Counted from the stretch's first letter, positions 13,520 through 25,186 are shown. The stretch is DNA of 64,000 nt from Octopus bimaculoides (GCF_001194135.2 NC_069001.1:33448551-33512550); one strand, 5' to 3'. Made by a program: numbers and translations. The notes: generated by a model not told the origin, from the sequence alone.

Positions 13520-14400
13520 TGGGTCATTCCATAATTAATGCAGTTTTTTCAATTGCATGAACTAAAAGTTGGAGGGGGACGGGATAAACTACCTGTATCA
13601 ACTCGCTATAAAAGCAGGTATTAATTTTACCTTGTGCTTATTCTTGGTGCATGTTTTGAAGAGGACAGTTCGATTTTAACAGTTATTTTTTCAAAGCTAT
13701 AATGGAAGTGACAAAGGAGCATATTTGGCATATTTTGCTTTATGAGTTCAATGAAGATAACAATGCAACAGAAAGTGTGAGGAATATGAATGCAGTATAT
13801 GGGTATTGGACAATAAGTATAAGCCAGTGTCAACGGTGGTTCCAGAAATTCTGAGCCAGAAACTACAGCCTAGAAGATGAGCCTTGTCTTGGAAGATCTG
13901 TAGAGCTTGACAAGAACGTCCTGCAATTCATGGAACAAAATCCCATTGAGGAACTAGCAGAGAAGCTTGGATTTTGTCATTCAACCATTCATTGACACCT
14001 GTATGCCATTGGAAAAGTCAGCAAATTGAGTCAATGGGTTCCTCACAAACTTTCTGAGTCTAATCGCATGCAGTGAGTGAATGTGTGCTCTTCTTTGCTG
14101 TCATGTCTCACAAATGAACCTTTTTTGGACTGAATAGTGATTGGTGACGAGAAATGGGTTCACTATATAAATGTCAAGCACTGAAGACAGTAGATAGAGT
14201 AATGAGAAACACTGGTACCCCAAGCTAAAGAATGTCTTCACCTATGTAAGGTGTTATCTGTTTGGTGGAATATGAAAAGTTTAGTCCACTTTGAACTTTT
14301 AAACCCAAACCAAACGATAACAGCTTGAGTGGCTTAAGTCAGTGCTAGAAGAAAAATGACCATCTTTGGTTTCAAGACAATAGGTCAAAAGAACAGAAAA
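13519..14400 (+). mobile_element. Decayed mariner transposon (Mos1-like) in a SINHCAF intron
   Basis: TIR-like start tattgggtcattccataa. From 13702 it reads MEVTKEHIWHILLYEFNE.NNATESVRNM...WFQKF*ARNYSLEDEP, and later VIGDEKWVHY. Many stops and frameshifts. Confidence 0.9.
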
Positions 14401-15562
14401 CACACAAAAAAGCATTAAAACAAATTGACTTAAAATGACTGGAAAAGGACTTGGAGAAAAGGAGGTAACATTAATAACTCTGAACACGTGATAAAAAAAG
14501 AGATCTGAAATTGTCCATGAGCAAGCATCCAAAGGTCAGTTTTCTAAAAGGATTTCTGATCATGATGACAAAATACCTTGTAGTATTAGTTACATCTCTT
14601 TTATCTATATGAGAAATTGTTATTATTACTATTGAAGCAGTTATTGGCAGAGAGTCATAAAAGTATCAGATTGTCTTTATGATATAATTAAAACGTATTT
14701 AGTTACCTCCCTTCAATTCTGAACTGAAATTCTGCCATGGTTGAGAGGATCAGTTAACTGATTAACTACATTCCTTCTGTATCAGTATGTAAACATTGTT
14801 TAACAAAAATGACCAAGTGCAAAGTAAAGAAAACTAATGGGTGCCGATTAAATTGATTGTTGTTGTTTAGACCCAGATCAACCCTGATTGTTTAGACGTT
14901 CCAACCTTGATTAGATACATTATATCTAGGTCTATATCAATTCATGTGTCCTCTTTTTAACATAACTGTAGGAATTATGCCAAGACAAAGGCATTGGAGC
15001 AAGAGATAATCCTCTGACTCATTGGATCATGCCAGACAGTCCAATCCATGCCAGTATGGAAAGTGGCTGTAAAGATGATGATGATGATGACTATTTGGAT
15101 TTGAGGGAGCTTTAGCTGCTATTTCTGGAATATTGAACAAGCATTGCATAAGATCATTATGGCTTGTAGAATTCCATTAACTTGCACGTTATAACTTTAA
15201 AACTGGATGGACCGATACACATCAGTTCTTATATACAGCCTACAAAAACAGCAGTAAGCATAGGTACCAGGCTAGTATGGCTGGAGATAGATACTAAGTT
15301 AGAAAACCAAGAGGTTTCAAATCCCTAAACCTAGCAGTTACAAGTCAGGGAGCTGAAATGTTCCAGAAGATACCAAGTTGGCAGGTCTTTTGATACCAAG
15401 CCAGTGAGTCTCAAGCATGGCCACTGCCTAATGATTGAAATGAGTGAAAATATAAAAGAATATTCACAGAAACATATTATTTCTAAAATAGTGTATTAAA
15501 GCTAATGAAAATAAATGTGTGAAAAAATATGTTTTGAAATGAAATAGAATATCATGACTTAC

Positions 15563-15781
15563 ATATTCCCAATGTCGATCTTTATCTTTCCTCATCCGCC
15601 ATCGTTTAACAAGAAGCACGCACGCATTGCAGATATCCCCTGATCTGTTGGCCACGTGAAAGCACCGCCGAAAGTCTCTTTCATAACGCTCACTGCTTGT
15701 AAAGCGAGAGCTAGAAGATTTCACGCGACAGATGCAACAGCCCGTCTGGCTGCGATACATCTTATGCCTGTTGCTGGACAT
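15563..15781 (-). CDS. SINHCAF: SINHCAF/FAM60A homologue, first coding exon (MSSNRHKMYRSQTGCCICRVKSSSSRF...RSGDICNACVLLVKRWR...HWEY)
   Basis: The translation closely matches the FAM60A N-terminal GATA-like zinc finger as recalled (KMYRS..GCCICR.KSSSSRFT.S.RYE.DF..CF......RSGDICNACVLLVKRW). ATG is at 15781. The upstream acceptor is tttttcag (exon starts at 15809) and the donor is GTAAGT at 15562-15557 (phase 0). The ORF track starts at a TTG 9 nt upstream. Confidence 0.96.
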
Positions 15782-17015
15782 TTTGAACAAGTCAAGTCGA
15801 TAATGTTTGCTGAAAAATATAGAAACGTTTTTTTTTTATTATATTAGTTTTCTTTTGAAAATCTTCCTATAAAGAAACAAAGCTCAATCATTGTAATTTA
15901 GATAAAACAAACAATAGTAAAAGATTGATTAGACATTTTCAATGCTGTTTCACCACTTAACCCCCTCCACACCTCTTCCAGACAATTACTTAAACGATTA
16001 GCCACATAACTAAGTACACAAATGATTATGGGTAATGTAAATTAAAAATGTAGGTAGGAATGTATATTTTGAAACAGTTGAGCCTTTCTCCCTTAAAAAT
16101 GTTCTCTTACTAGTTTTAAAGTTTGTATGCACATGTTACATATGTAATTTAAAGGAGCAAACAGGTAGACTTGTTAGAGTGTTGGGTAGAACACTTCACA
16201 GTATTTGACCTGACACTCAGCACTCAGAGTTCAAATAATGCTGAACCCAACTTTGACTTTCATCCTTTCAAGTTTGATAAAAAAAAAATGTATCAAAGCA
16301 AGGCAGTGGATTGATAGATTGCACAGCAGCAGATTAGATACCTTGTGGTGTTTGTTTAGCTCTTTACATTTTGAGTTCAAATGCTGCTGTGGCCCACTTG
16401 GTTGGTAGACTTAATCAGCTACCTGATTTAACATCATCACCTGGTTGGTATCTTGAGTACCTTTAGCAAAATCCATTCTGTTACTAGCATTCAGACAAGG
16501 ACTCCAGTTTAAGGATACATTCTTTCCTTCTTACTGGTCTTAGAAGCTCTGTGAAAGGTCATGAACACCACACTACTTACCCTTCTGACTAAAAGATAAG
16601 AACCCAAAGGCTCTGGGTTCAATCTCACTGTGAAGTACAGAGGGTAAGTTGTGTCATACCACAGCCTTAAGATGACCTAAAGCCTGTCAGATAGATTGTA
16701 CCTACTTTGAAGTTGATAGACTTAATCCATCACCTAGTTCAACACCACTGAGTGGTTGCCTTTAGCAGAGTCCACTTTGATGCAAGCATTTGGATCTGTT
16801 CTCCAATCTGAAACAAACTAAAATATCTTAATGTGTTGCTTCATACCATAGCTAACAACTGGTTGTCATTTCTTCTTCCCTTTAACTCTATAATTTTTGG
16901 AGTCCCTGATAAAGGTCATCAGTATTAAACCCTTCCTCTCTTGACCACATAATATTAAAAGAAAAAAATGTGAGGTGCAGGAGTGGTTTTGTGGTAAGAA
17001 GCTTGATTCCCAACC

Positions 17016-17058
<43 letters not shown>

Positions 17059-17478
17059 GATTTAATATACTGAGTAAAAATTCAAAGGAGAGAGAATACA
17101 TATGTTTAAAAATCATTTTGGATACTAATTGAAAAATATCTGTCCTATAAATTATTAACGGCGATTACAATAAGCACATATGCATACACACAAAGCATAC
17201 ATACATATACACACGTGCACACAGATGTTGAAACATTCATTCATACACACAAGCACACACACAAACACGCGCGTGCACATGAATATATATGTACCTATGT
17301 ATACATGTATATTAACAATTTGAGAATTGGAGCAATGGGACAACATACAGTTTCTGCTCAATCCTAAATTCCGTGGAATTAAGTGTATGAGCGGTAGGAC
17401 ATCACTCTTTTGTGTAGTTGTGTGGTTGCTAGTTCGAGAGCTAGCAATCACAATTTAACTCCACTGAATTTGGGGCCA

Positions 17479-17517
<39 letters not shown>

Positions 17518-18084
17518 AGAGAGAGAGCGTGTTTGACAGTTTCAGAAGACAATATTTAAACATAACTAGGGGTTACCCCAGTCATTCTTGTCTTTATTTA
17601 TTATTATTATCATTATTATTATTATTATTATTTATTTATTTTTTTTTTAACTAACAGCAACAGGAAGTATTGTCATCTAATTATATAAATAAATAAAGTA
17701 AATAAAATAAATAGATAAATAGATAAGCAATGTTTGTATCACTTTTCAGAGAAAGCAGTGCTGAGTAAGGGTGTGCCCTAACGAGGTGTTGATACAAAAT
17801 CAAGATAGGCAATCAAGGAACTTATTCTGTTGCACTTTTTGGAGGGTAAACGGAATTTTTCTTTATTATTATCTTTTTATATATATATTTATATATAAAT
17901 TCACACGACCTTTGCAGGTCCTGCTTCTCAGAGTCGATGTGGCTGATACGGGGGGAGATCTCGGTGAGTCTGAGAAACATAGTGAAAGAAAGGTAATGAA
18001 ATGGAGACTGTTATGGTGAGAGAGAGAGAGGAGGAAACAGAAAGTGAGTGAGAGAGAGAGAGGGAAAAGAGAGAAAGAGGAAAC

Positions 18085-18195
18085 TGTCACTGAGGAAAGA
18101 GAGGGGGGAGGGAGAACACACGTTGTTACTGAGGAGAGATAGGAGAGGAGGATAAACATTGTTACTGAGGAAAGAGAGAGGGAGGGAAAGAGGAG
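18085..18195. repeat. Three purine-rich 36-39-bp repeats immediately left of module 1
   Basis: tgt(c/t)actgagga(a/g)aga at 18085, 18124 and 18160. Confidence 0.7.
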
Positions 18196-18600
18196 AACTA
18201 TCAAGTCGCGAACAAATTGGAAGAAACAGACGACATATCACGTGACACACTGTCGGTGGATCTGAAATGGTGAACCGCGAATTTTTGAAAGAGAAAAGTT
18301 TCAAGAAAATATATATAATAATAATTGAACGACTTAAAAAGTGTTATTCACGATTTTCTTATTTATAAATACGATTTATAGAATAAGGTAAGTAACTGGG
18401 TTTTGTTTTTTCTCTATATTTTAAAACTTTGAAATAACATTGTTTTAAACTTGATGACAAGCGATGTGTGCCAATATATTTCGAAGTCAAAACCATTGAG
18501 AAACAATGTTTTATGCGGTAGATGTTTCACTCCCGCGAGAATTAAAAGAACAGACGAATGATACAGGGTATTCAATCATGACCATTCGGACAGTGCCTAT
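18195..18600 (+). promoter_or_regulatory. Module 1 of 5: promoter-like motif block + non-coding exon + short GT-AG intron
   Basis: ATTGG at 18216-18220, CAGACGAC, TCACGTGAC at 18238-18246, donor AAG|GTAAGT at 18388, candidate acceptor TAG|ATGTTT at 18521. Homologous to modules 2-5. Confidence 0.55.
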
Positions 18601-18610
18601 ACGACTAGGC

Positions 18611-19242
18611 CAGGGGTCCTTAACCGCCGGGCTGCACAGAAAGAGCAGATTTTAAAATTTTATTTCTATTTTATTGACTACCGCAGTCTACAGAGTGTTT
18701 TTGCATTATATACGTACTATATGTGTAATGTATATGTAATAAGTTGAGGCGCAATGGCCCAGTGGTTAGGGCAGCGGACTCGCGGTCATAGGATCGCGGT
18801 TTCGATTCCCAGAGCGGGCGTTGTGAGTGTTTATTGAGCGAAAACACCTAAAGTTCCACGAGTCTCCGGCAGGGGAGGGTTGCGAACCCTGCTGTACTCT
18901 TTCACCACAACTTTCTCTCACTCTTTCTTCCTGTTTCTGTTGTGCCTGTAATTCAAAGGGTCAGCCTTGTCACACTGTGTCACGCTGAATATCCCCGAGA
19001 ACTACGTTAAAGGTACACGTGTCTGTGGAACGCTCAGCCACTTGCACGTTAATTTCACGAGCAGGCTGTTCCGTTGATCGGATCAACTGGAACCCTTAAC
19101 GTCGTAAGCGACGGAGTGCCAACAAACAACAAACATGTAATAACTAGATTATATATCATGCATTTTATTGTGTTTTCCGGTCTGTGGGAAAATTGTCTTG
19201 CACTAAGCCGGTCCATGAAGCAAAGAAGGTTGGGGGCCACTA
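18611..19242. mobile_element. hAT-type (Charlie-like) MITE interrupted by a SINE
   Basis: Left TIR CAGGGGTCC and right end aaggttgggggccacta. The flanking 8-mers GACTAGGC and GACAAGAC match at 6 of 8 positions, as expected for a decayed 8-bp TSD. Confidence 0.65.
18744..19134 (+). mobile_element. tRNA-derived SINE family B, well-preserved copy with TSD
   Basis: A-box/B-box-like head (ggcccagtggttagg...ggtttcgattccc), conserved core, AAC-rich tail, and a flanking ATGTAATAA duplication at 18734-18742 and 19135-19143. Confidence 0.85.
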
Positions 19243-19406
19243 GACAAGACGATACTCATGTTTAAAACTCTATTTTCACTTTGTCATTCAGAAACATGTA
19301 TAACTTGGCTTCACGACCGGGAGGGGGGAATATTTTACTTTACGATTAATAAGTGCAGTTGTAGAATTCTTCATTCTTTGTATTGTTGAACGGAATTCAA
19401 TATTCT

Positions 19407-19473
19407 ATTTACCAGTTATTCAGTGTAAATTTACCATTTATTCAGTGTAAATTTACCATTTATTCAGTGTAAA
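19407..19473. repeat. 22-bp tandem repeat, 3 copies
   Basis: cagtgtaaa recurs at 19421, 19443 and 19465. Confidence 0.85.
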
Positions 19474-19984
19474 CTTTTTGGAGGCGTGTATGGTTGCATC
19501 ACATCGTTTTGAATTTTATTTTCTTCCGTTTTGAATTGTTGTTAAAGATGGAAAACTAATTTGCGTGATGTTGCCTTTAATACAATTTTTCTTCGAAAGA
19601 AGTTTTCACTTGACATGGATATTCTGAGGAATATCTGGTTGCTAGTTGTAAAAGGATAAGTCATCATATAGGCAGAGCCAGATTTATGTATGAGCCATGA
19701 ACCCCTCCCCCAAGGAGGGCAGGGGAATATATTGGCTCAGGAGCCCCACTAGAGTTATATTCGGCTCAGTATACAGGAGCCATATGTAGTTTGATTGGAT
19801 AGTCCAAACTATTTGCAACAATATGTACCATAAAATGAAACTATAACCCTCAATATCCAGGTGATGGTGTTAACGAAAGAAAGGGATGAATGGATGGATA
19901 GATTAAAGTGTGCGTGCGTATGTGTGTGTGTTTGTGTGGGTGTGTGAGAGAGAGAGTGAGAGAGAGAGAAAGAGAGAGTGAGAG

Positions 19985-20340
19985 AGTCATGACCAAATTA
20001 GAAGCAGACGATATGTCACGTGACACTGCGTTATGGCTGGTTCTCAAATAATCCAGCGCAAATTTTTAAAAGAAAAGTTTAAAATTTAAGAAAATCTATA
20101 AGATTGAACATCTTGAAAACTGTTTTATTCATGATCTTTTTAATACATAAAATGTAATGTGAAAAACAAAGGTAAATAATTTTCAACTTTAGAATGAGTT
20201 GGTTTTCTCTTATTTAATTTTCAAGCGTAGGAAAGTAATATATTTGATTTCTAGTTTGTCACAAATTGAAGCCATTGAGAAGCAATGTGTTTTGTTATAG
20301 ATGTTTTGTTATAGCTGCTGATTAACAAAAGGGATAAAAG
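19985..20340 (+). promoter_or_regulatory. Module 2 of 5
   Basis: AGCAGACGAT, GTCACGTGAC at 20015-20024, donor AAG|GTAAAT at 20172, acceptor TAG|ATGTTT at 20300. A duplicated tgttatag gives a second possible acceptor 14 nt downstream. Confidence 0.5.
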
Positions 20341-20539
20341 ACTAAATTCAAAGACCTAACCAAGAATGATTCCCTCCATTTTATTTAGACAAGTAGGGAG
20401 TAACTTGAGGGATCCTACTTGGCTGCTATTTCTAGCTAGATGGACGACAAGATAGGCTTCAAAAGTTTTGTTTTGCGGTCTGAATTCTTTGCAGCAAAAG
20501 TCAATCCTGCTAAAAGCATTCAAGATCCAGGTGGAGGTG

Positions 20540-20578
<39 letters not shown>

Positions 20579-20644
20579 GGAGGCAGAGAAAACGAGAGGA
20601 GCTGAAGGAGAGAGAAAGGAAGATAGAAGAGAGAGGGAAGGTGC

Positions 20645-21010
20645 GCGTTGAAGACTATCAAGTCATGAGCAGACGACACATGTGATATACTGTGTTATGC
20701 CAGTGGTCTTCAAAAAGTGCGCTGCGGATTTTTAAAGAAAAATTACAAACTTCAGATTAAACATCTTGAAAACCGTTTCATTCCTGATTTTGTTATATAC
20801 AAATATGATTATAAAACAAGGTAAGTAATAGCTTTTTAAATTTTTAACTTTAAAATGAAATGTATTTCTTTTTAAACTTTCCCATAGACAAGCAGGGTAT
20901 TTGAATTCTAGCTTGTCACGGTCAAAACTATTGAAAAGCAATGTATTTGTAATAGATGTTTACTCTTGAGAAAAATTTGAATCAGTAGACGATTGATAAA
21001 AGGCACCCTT
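20645..21010 (+). promoter_or_regulatory. Module 3 of 5
   Basis: ACTATCAAGTC and AGCAGACGAC, variant E-box CATGTG near 20679-20684, donor CAAG|GTAAGT at 20821, acceptor TAG|ATGTTT at 20955. Confidence 0.5.
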
Positions 21011-21191
21011 CTATGGACACCCAATCTTTATTTCAGGCAATGTGTCTAAGATTGTTATCCAATGTACTCTTCCATCTTTTACGACCGATAGGGAGTGATT
21101 TGAGAGAATTCGATCGCTGTCTCTAGCAGGTCGAGCGATTAGCTTGACCAATTTAGGGTTCAAAATGGTTGTAAGGTTCAACTTCGCTAAA

Positions 21192-21227
<36 letters not shown>

Positions 21228-21229
<2 letters not shown>

Positions 21230-21580
21230 TGAGCGTTCAACGCACTCTTTGAACAAATGGAAAGAGCAGACGACTTATCACGTGATAGACTGCTGAACAC
21301 TCCGGCATTAAATCAACGAGATGAAATGGCGCGCCACGGAATTTAAAACTTTAGAAAATCTAGAGTCGTGTCTAAACGTCACGAATACTGTATTATTCAT
21401 GATTTTGTCATCTACAAACGAGTATATGGTATGATACAAGGTAAGCAATAGTTCTCTAGTTTTAGCTTTAAGCAAAATGGGAGAATGATATTTTATTTGA
21501 TGCTCCAGCGTTCTTGCATAAGTAAAAAAACAACAAAAAAACAGAACCAATGTGTCATATCATTGTAGTTTAGCCCCGAG
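21228..21580 (+). promoter_or_regulatory. Module 4 of 5
   Basis: GCGTTCAAC and AGCAGACGAC, TCACGTGA at 21278-21285, donor CAAG|GTAAGC at 21441, weaker candidate acceptor attgTAG at 21568. Confidence 0.45.
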
Positions 21581-22387
21581 GGAAATCTGGACGAGTAAAC
21601 CAATTATAAAAAAAACGATCCATAAGTTAAATGCTCCAGTTTTAACTACATCGATTAGCAGCTAATATTATTTGGTTTAAACCGTCAGAGAAAGTTTTTT
21701 CATTTAATATTTTGTCTTCTTATCAAAAGCCTAACTACAGTTTAGCGCATCCATTTTCTCCACTTTATTTTTACGAAATTCTGCAGAAATGAATTTTTTA
21801 AGGTTTACATGACAATTGTCAGTTTTTGATATTTCTTCATCAAGAAAAGACATTCTTATCATTTTAACTATTTTGACAACTTGTTCATAATCTTTGAAGA
21901 ACGTATGCCATTATCCTCATCGATATTATTTATTATCAATACGAAATCGGAAGGCATGATAAAATATTCTTTCTAGTTTAAGTTTTGTTTTCGACAATAT
22001 AAATCGAAAGTAATCAGAAATTCGAATATTTTCCATTTGTAGGTTATAACCCAATTAAAATGTATTATTGAATTAAATTCACTACCTTATTTACTTCCAT
22101 TAAACCCGTTATATTGTTAGCTGTTGGTTGACAAAAGGGAGAGTATTTAACTCAAAGATTACTCTAAATGACTTCCATTTTTTTAAAAGACAAGTAGGAA
22201 GTAACTTGAAGGATATTTGGCTTCTATTTCTTGCAAGGCGAGCGACCACATGGGCTTTAACAGTTTAATTTTGAGGTCCAGCTAAAAGCATTCAAGATGC
22301 AGATGGTGGTGGTGCGTGAATGTATATGAGTGAGAGAGAAAGAGGGAGAGAGAGGGAGGGGGGAGAGGGAGGGAGATGGGAAGAGAG

Positions 22388-22760
22388 AGCGTTCAACACT
22401 ATCAAGTCGTGAACAAATTGGAAGCAGACGACACATCACGTGACTGTTATGTCAGTAGTTCTCAAATGGGGAGCTTCAGGCTTTTGAAAGAAAAATTTTA
22501 AACTTGAGAAAATTCGTAATAATGATGGAACGACTTGAAAAAAATGTTATTCACAATTTTCTTATACATAGACATATATAATTTATAAAACGAGATAAGT
22601 AAAAATTTTCTATATTTTTAACTTGAAAATAAATTTCTTTTAACTTTCATGCGATGTGTATCATGAAGTGAAAACCAAGAAGTAACGTGCTATGTCACAG
22701 ACGTTTAGTCCCGGCAGAACTCTGAGGGAGCAGATCATTGATAAAATGCGATCCACCATG
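22388..22760 (+). promoter_or_regulatory. Module 5 of 5 (donor mutated)
   Basis: GCGTTCAACACTATCAAGTC, ATTGG, AGCAGACGAC, TCACGTGAC at 22436-22444. The donor position reads GAG|ATAAGT (22595). Acceptor CAG|ACGTTT at 22700. Confidence 0.45.
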
Positions 22761-23498
22761 ACTATTCTATATTTTAAGTAGTGCATTTAAGACTATGTTA
22801 TTTAATGTATCCATCCCTCCCTTTTTTAAAAGACATAAGGAATGATTTAAAGATACTTGGCTGCTGTTTCTAGGAGAACAAATGACTAGAAAGAGGCCTT
22901 CAAAGGTTTGCAATAGAGTCAGCTCTGCTAAAAGCACTCAATACCTAGTCAAAATTTGTGGCTTAGTAGCCAGCTTTTTTTTGGCAAAAATGTTGTATCC
23001 AAATGAACAGAATGCAATACTTAATAAGTAATTTAGTTTATCGAATCCAGGAAGAAGGAAAGATAGAAAGTAAACTGAATTTGTGTAAAGAACTGAGTCT
23101 ATTCTTTTGAGGAAAAGAACTGGACACAGAGGGAAAGAGAAATGGATATGTCGAACAAAATAGGAAGCAATGGATTAAGAGGACAAAAGGGTCAGACAAT
23201 AGCGTTAAAGAGAACGGGATAACAATTTCAACGTAAAACGTGCGGACGTCACACGTTTGTTCTCAGAAACTAAAAAAAAAAAAGTTTGAAGTTAATATAA
23301 AGAAGGAGAAAAGAAAAAGACACAAAGAGCGAGAAAAGAATACATGTTGCGATGAGAGGTTGGAAACAAGTACTGTCATGGACTAAGACAGTGAACAAAA
23401 AGGGTCAGCTAAAAAAGAAAAAAAAAAGGCAAACAAAAAACGGCAAGAGACTAACATTAACAAAATGTGTGTATATGTGTGTGTGTGTGATATATACA

Positions 23499-23795
23499 GG
23501 CGTGAAGGTGTGTGGCTTAGTGGTTAGAGTATTCAGCTAAAGGTCGTAAGTTCAATTCCTGGCGGTGCGTTGTGTCCTTCAACAAGACACTGTACCTTGC
23601 TCCAGTTCATTGGGTTGGCAAAAATGAGTTGTACCTGTAATTCAAAGGGCCCAGCCTTGTCATATTCTGAGTCACATTGAATCTCCCTGAGAACTATGTT
23701 AAGGGTACGTGTGTCTGTGGAGTGCTCACGAGCAGTCTGTTCCGTTGATCGGATAAACTAGAACCCCTGCCATTGTAACCGATGGGGTGCCAGTC
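23499..23795 (+). mobile_element. SINE family B copy
   Basis: Same head and core as the copy at 18744-19134. Confidence 0.8.
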
Positions 23796-23851
23796 ATGTA
23801 TATAGACACATATATGCACATATATACACATATGCATACATAAAAATCCTT

Positions 23852-23906
<55 letters not shown>

Positions 23907-24339
23907 AATCTTGGATTTTCTTACCCCCTACAATACTATTGGATTACCATCTCGGATTTCGCCGGCACCCTTTATTATGTATATACATATATGCATATAA
24001 ATGTGTGTATGCCCGAACTAATCATTCTTTGGTTAACCAACATGTGTAACCTTTACACTGCTATCCAAACACTTTGCTAATCAGGTTCTTGCATGAAACA
24101 CTGCTAAGGTGATAGCTTGGATTTTATCTACCTCCTCACTTAATATATGTGAGTGGTTTCCTTATATGAAAACCGAACGAAGTCATTTATGTAGAATCTT
24201 GGGTATAGATTTGACGATTTTTATGTCACCTTTTTTCCCAGAAACAGCTGGGTGAATAGCCAATGGCATTGGAGAACATAAATATTAAAGTTGTAGTTGA
24301 GAAAAAGTTAGCAGAATAGAGGACTGGATATTGGAAAAG

Positions 24340-25030
24340 AGATACTCATGTTGACATCATCATTACTGCTCAATGCTGTGTGAACACTAAAGGCTGTAGG
24401 ACGCGACATGGACAGCTGAAATGAAGACTACAAAGCCGTGATCAGCAGAAAGGGACACAGCAAGCTTCTTTACTGCGTCTGCACACCGGAATTTATCCCT
24501 CCAGTCTTTGAACAGGGACTGAGGCTCAATTCAGATAGCTAAAGTGAAGGTGCTGGAGTGTGTAGTCAAACCCAGGCTGGAGAGGCTTGCCGCAGGAAGG
24601 CCATATATGTGGCAGACGGATCCAGTTCTTTGCCATACCTCTGCAAAGAATCACAAGTGGTTGTCAGAGATTTCCTACGACTTCATCAACTCCAACTTCT
24701 GTCCTCCAAATTCCTCTGAATATAATCCCATGCATGGGGCGCGGTTGAGAAAAACAGCAACATTCTACTTGCAACATAAAAGCCAAGATGTAGCCAAGAA
24801 GAGGTGTTCGAAGATCTTCCCAAGAACACAATGAGAAACGTATGCACCAGGTTCTGGAACTGTCTTGAAGCCGTGGTGGCAGCTGAGAGTGGCTACTTTG
24901 AGTAAATTGTTATCTCCCAGCCATAAATTAGTTGATATATTTTGACTTAAAATGTTTTCCTTATTATTGGATGAGATATTGTTTTCTTATCTTTTTATGC
25001 AAACTGTCAAATTTAGCCTGAACACTATGT
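24340..25030 (+). mobile_element. Tc1/maT-like transposase C-terminal fragment
   Basis: KVLECVVKPRLERLAAGRPYMWQTD...CHTS...WLSE...CPPNSSEYNPM resembles the WPPNSPDLNP catalytic region. Confidence 0.8.
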
Positions 25031-25186
25031 GAAGAAACTATTAGTAGCTCTTATACCTATACACACACATATACTATACATACACTATATATATATATAT
25101 ATACAAATCTATATCTATATATAAATATATGCATATATCTAATAGATACATACACATATATATGCATACATGTGTGTGTAATTATA

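Noticed and set aside
16575-16640. Strong minus-strand donor AGG|GTAAGT as a SINHCAF 5'UTR exon
   Set aside because: It lies within a decayed SINE head and has no convincing acceptor. Possible, but unsupported.
18268-18290. Sm-site-like AATTTTTGA in module 1 suggesting an snRNA or spliced-leader RNA
   Set aside because: It lies upstream of the donor (SL RNAs have it downstream), is not conserved as such in all modules, and has no recognisable snRNA stems.
18388-18521. Box C-like TTGATGA in the module 1 intron (snoRNA)
   Set aside because: It is absent from the other four introns and has no matching box D CTGA.
18744-18820. tRNA-like sequence (also at the heads of other SINE copies)
   Set aside because: It continues directly into a SINE body with a tail and TSD, so it is a SINE head and not a tRNA gene.
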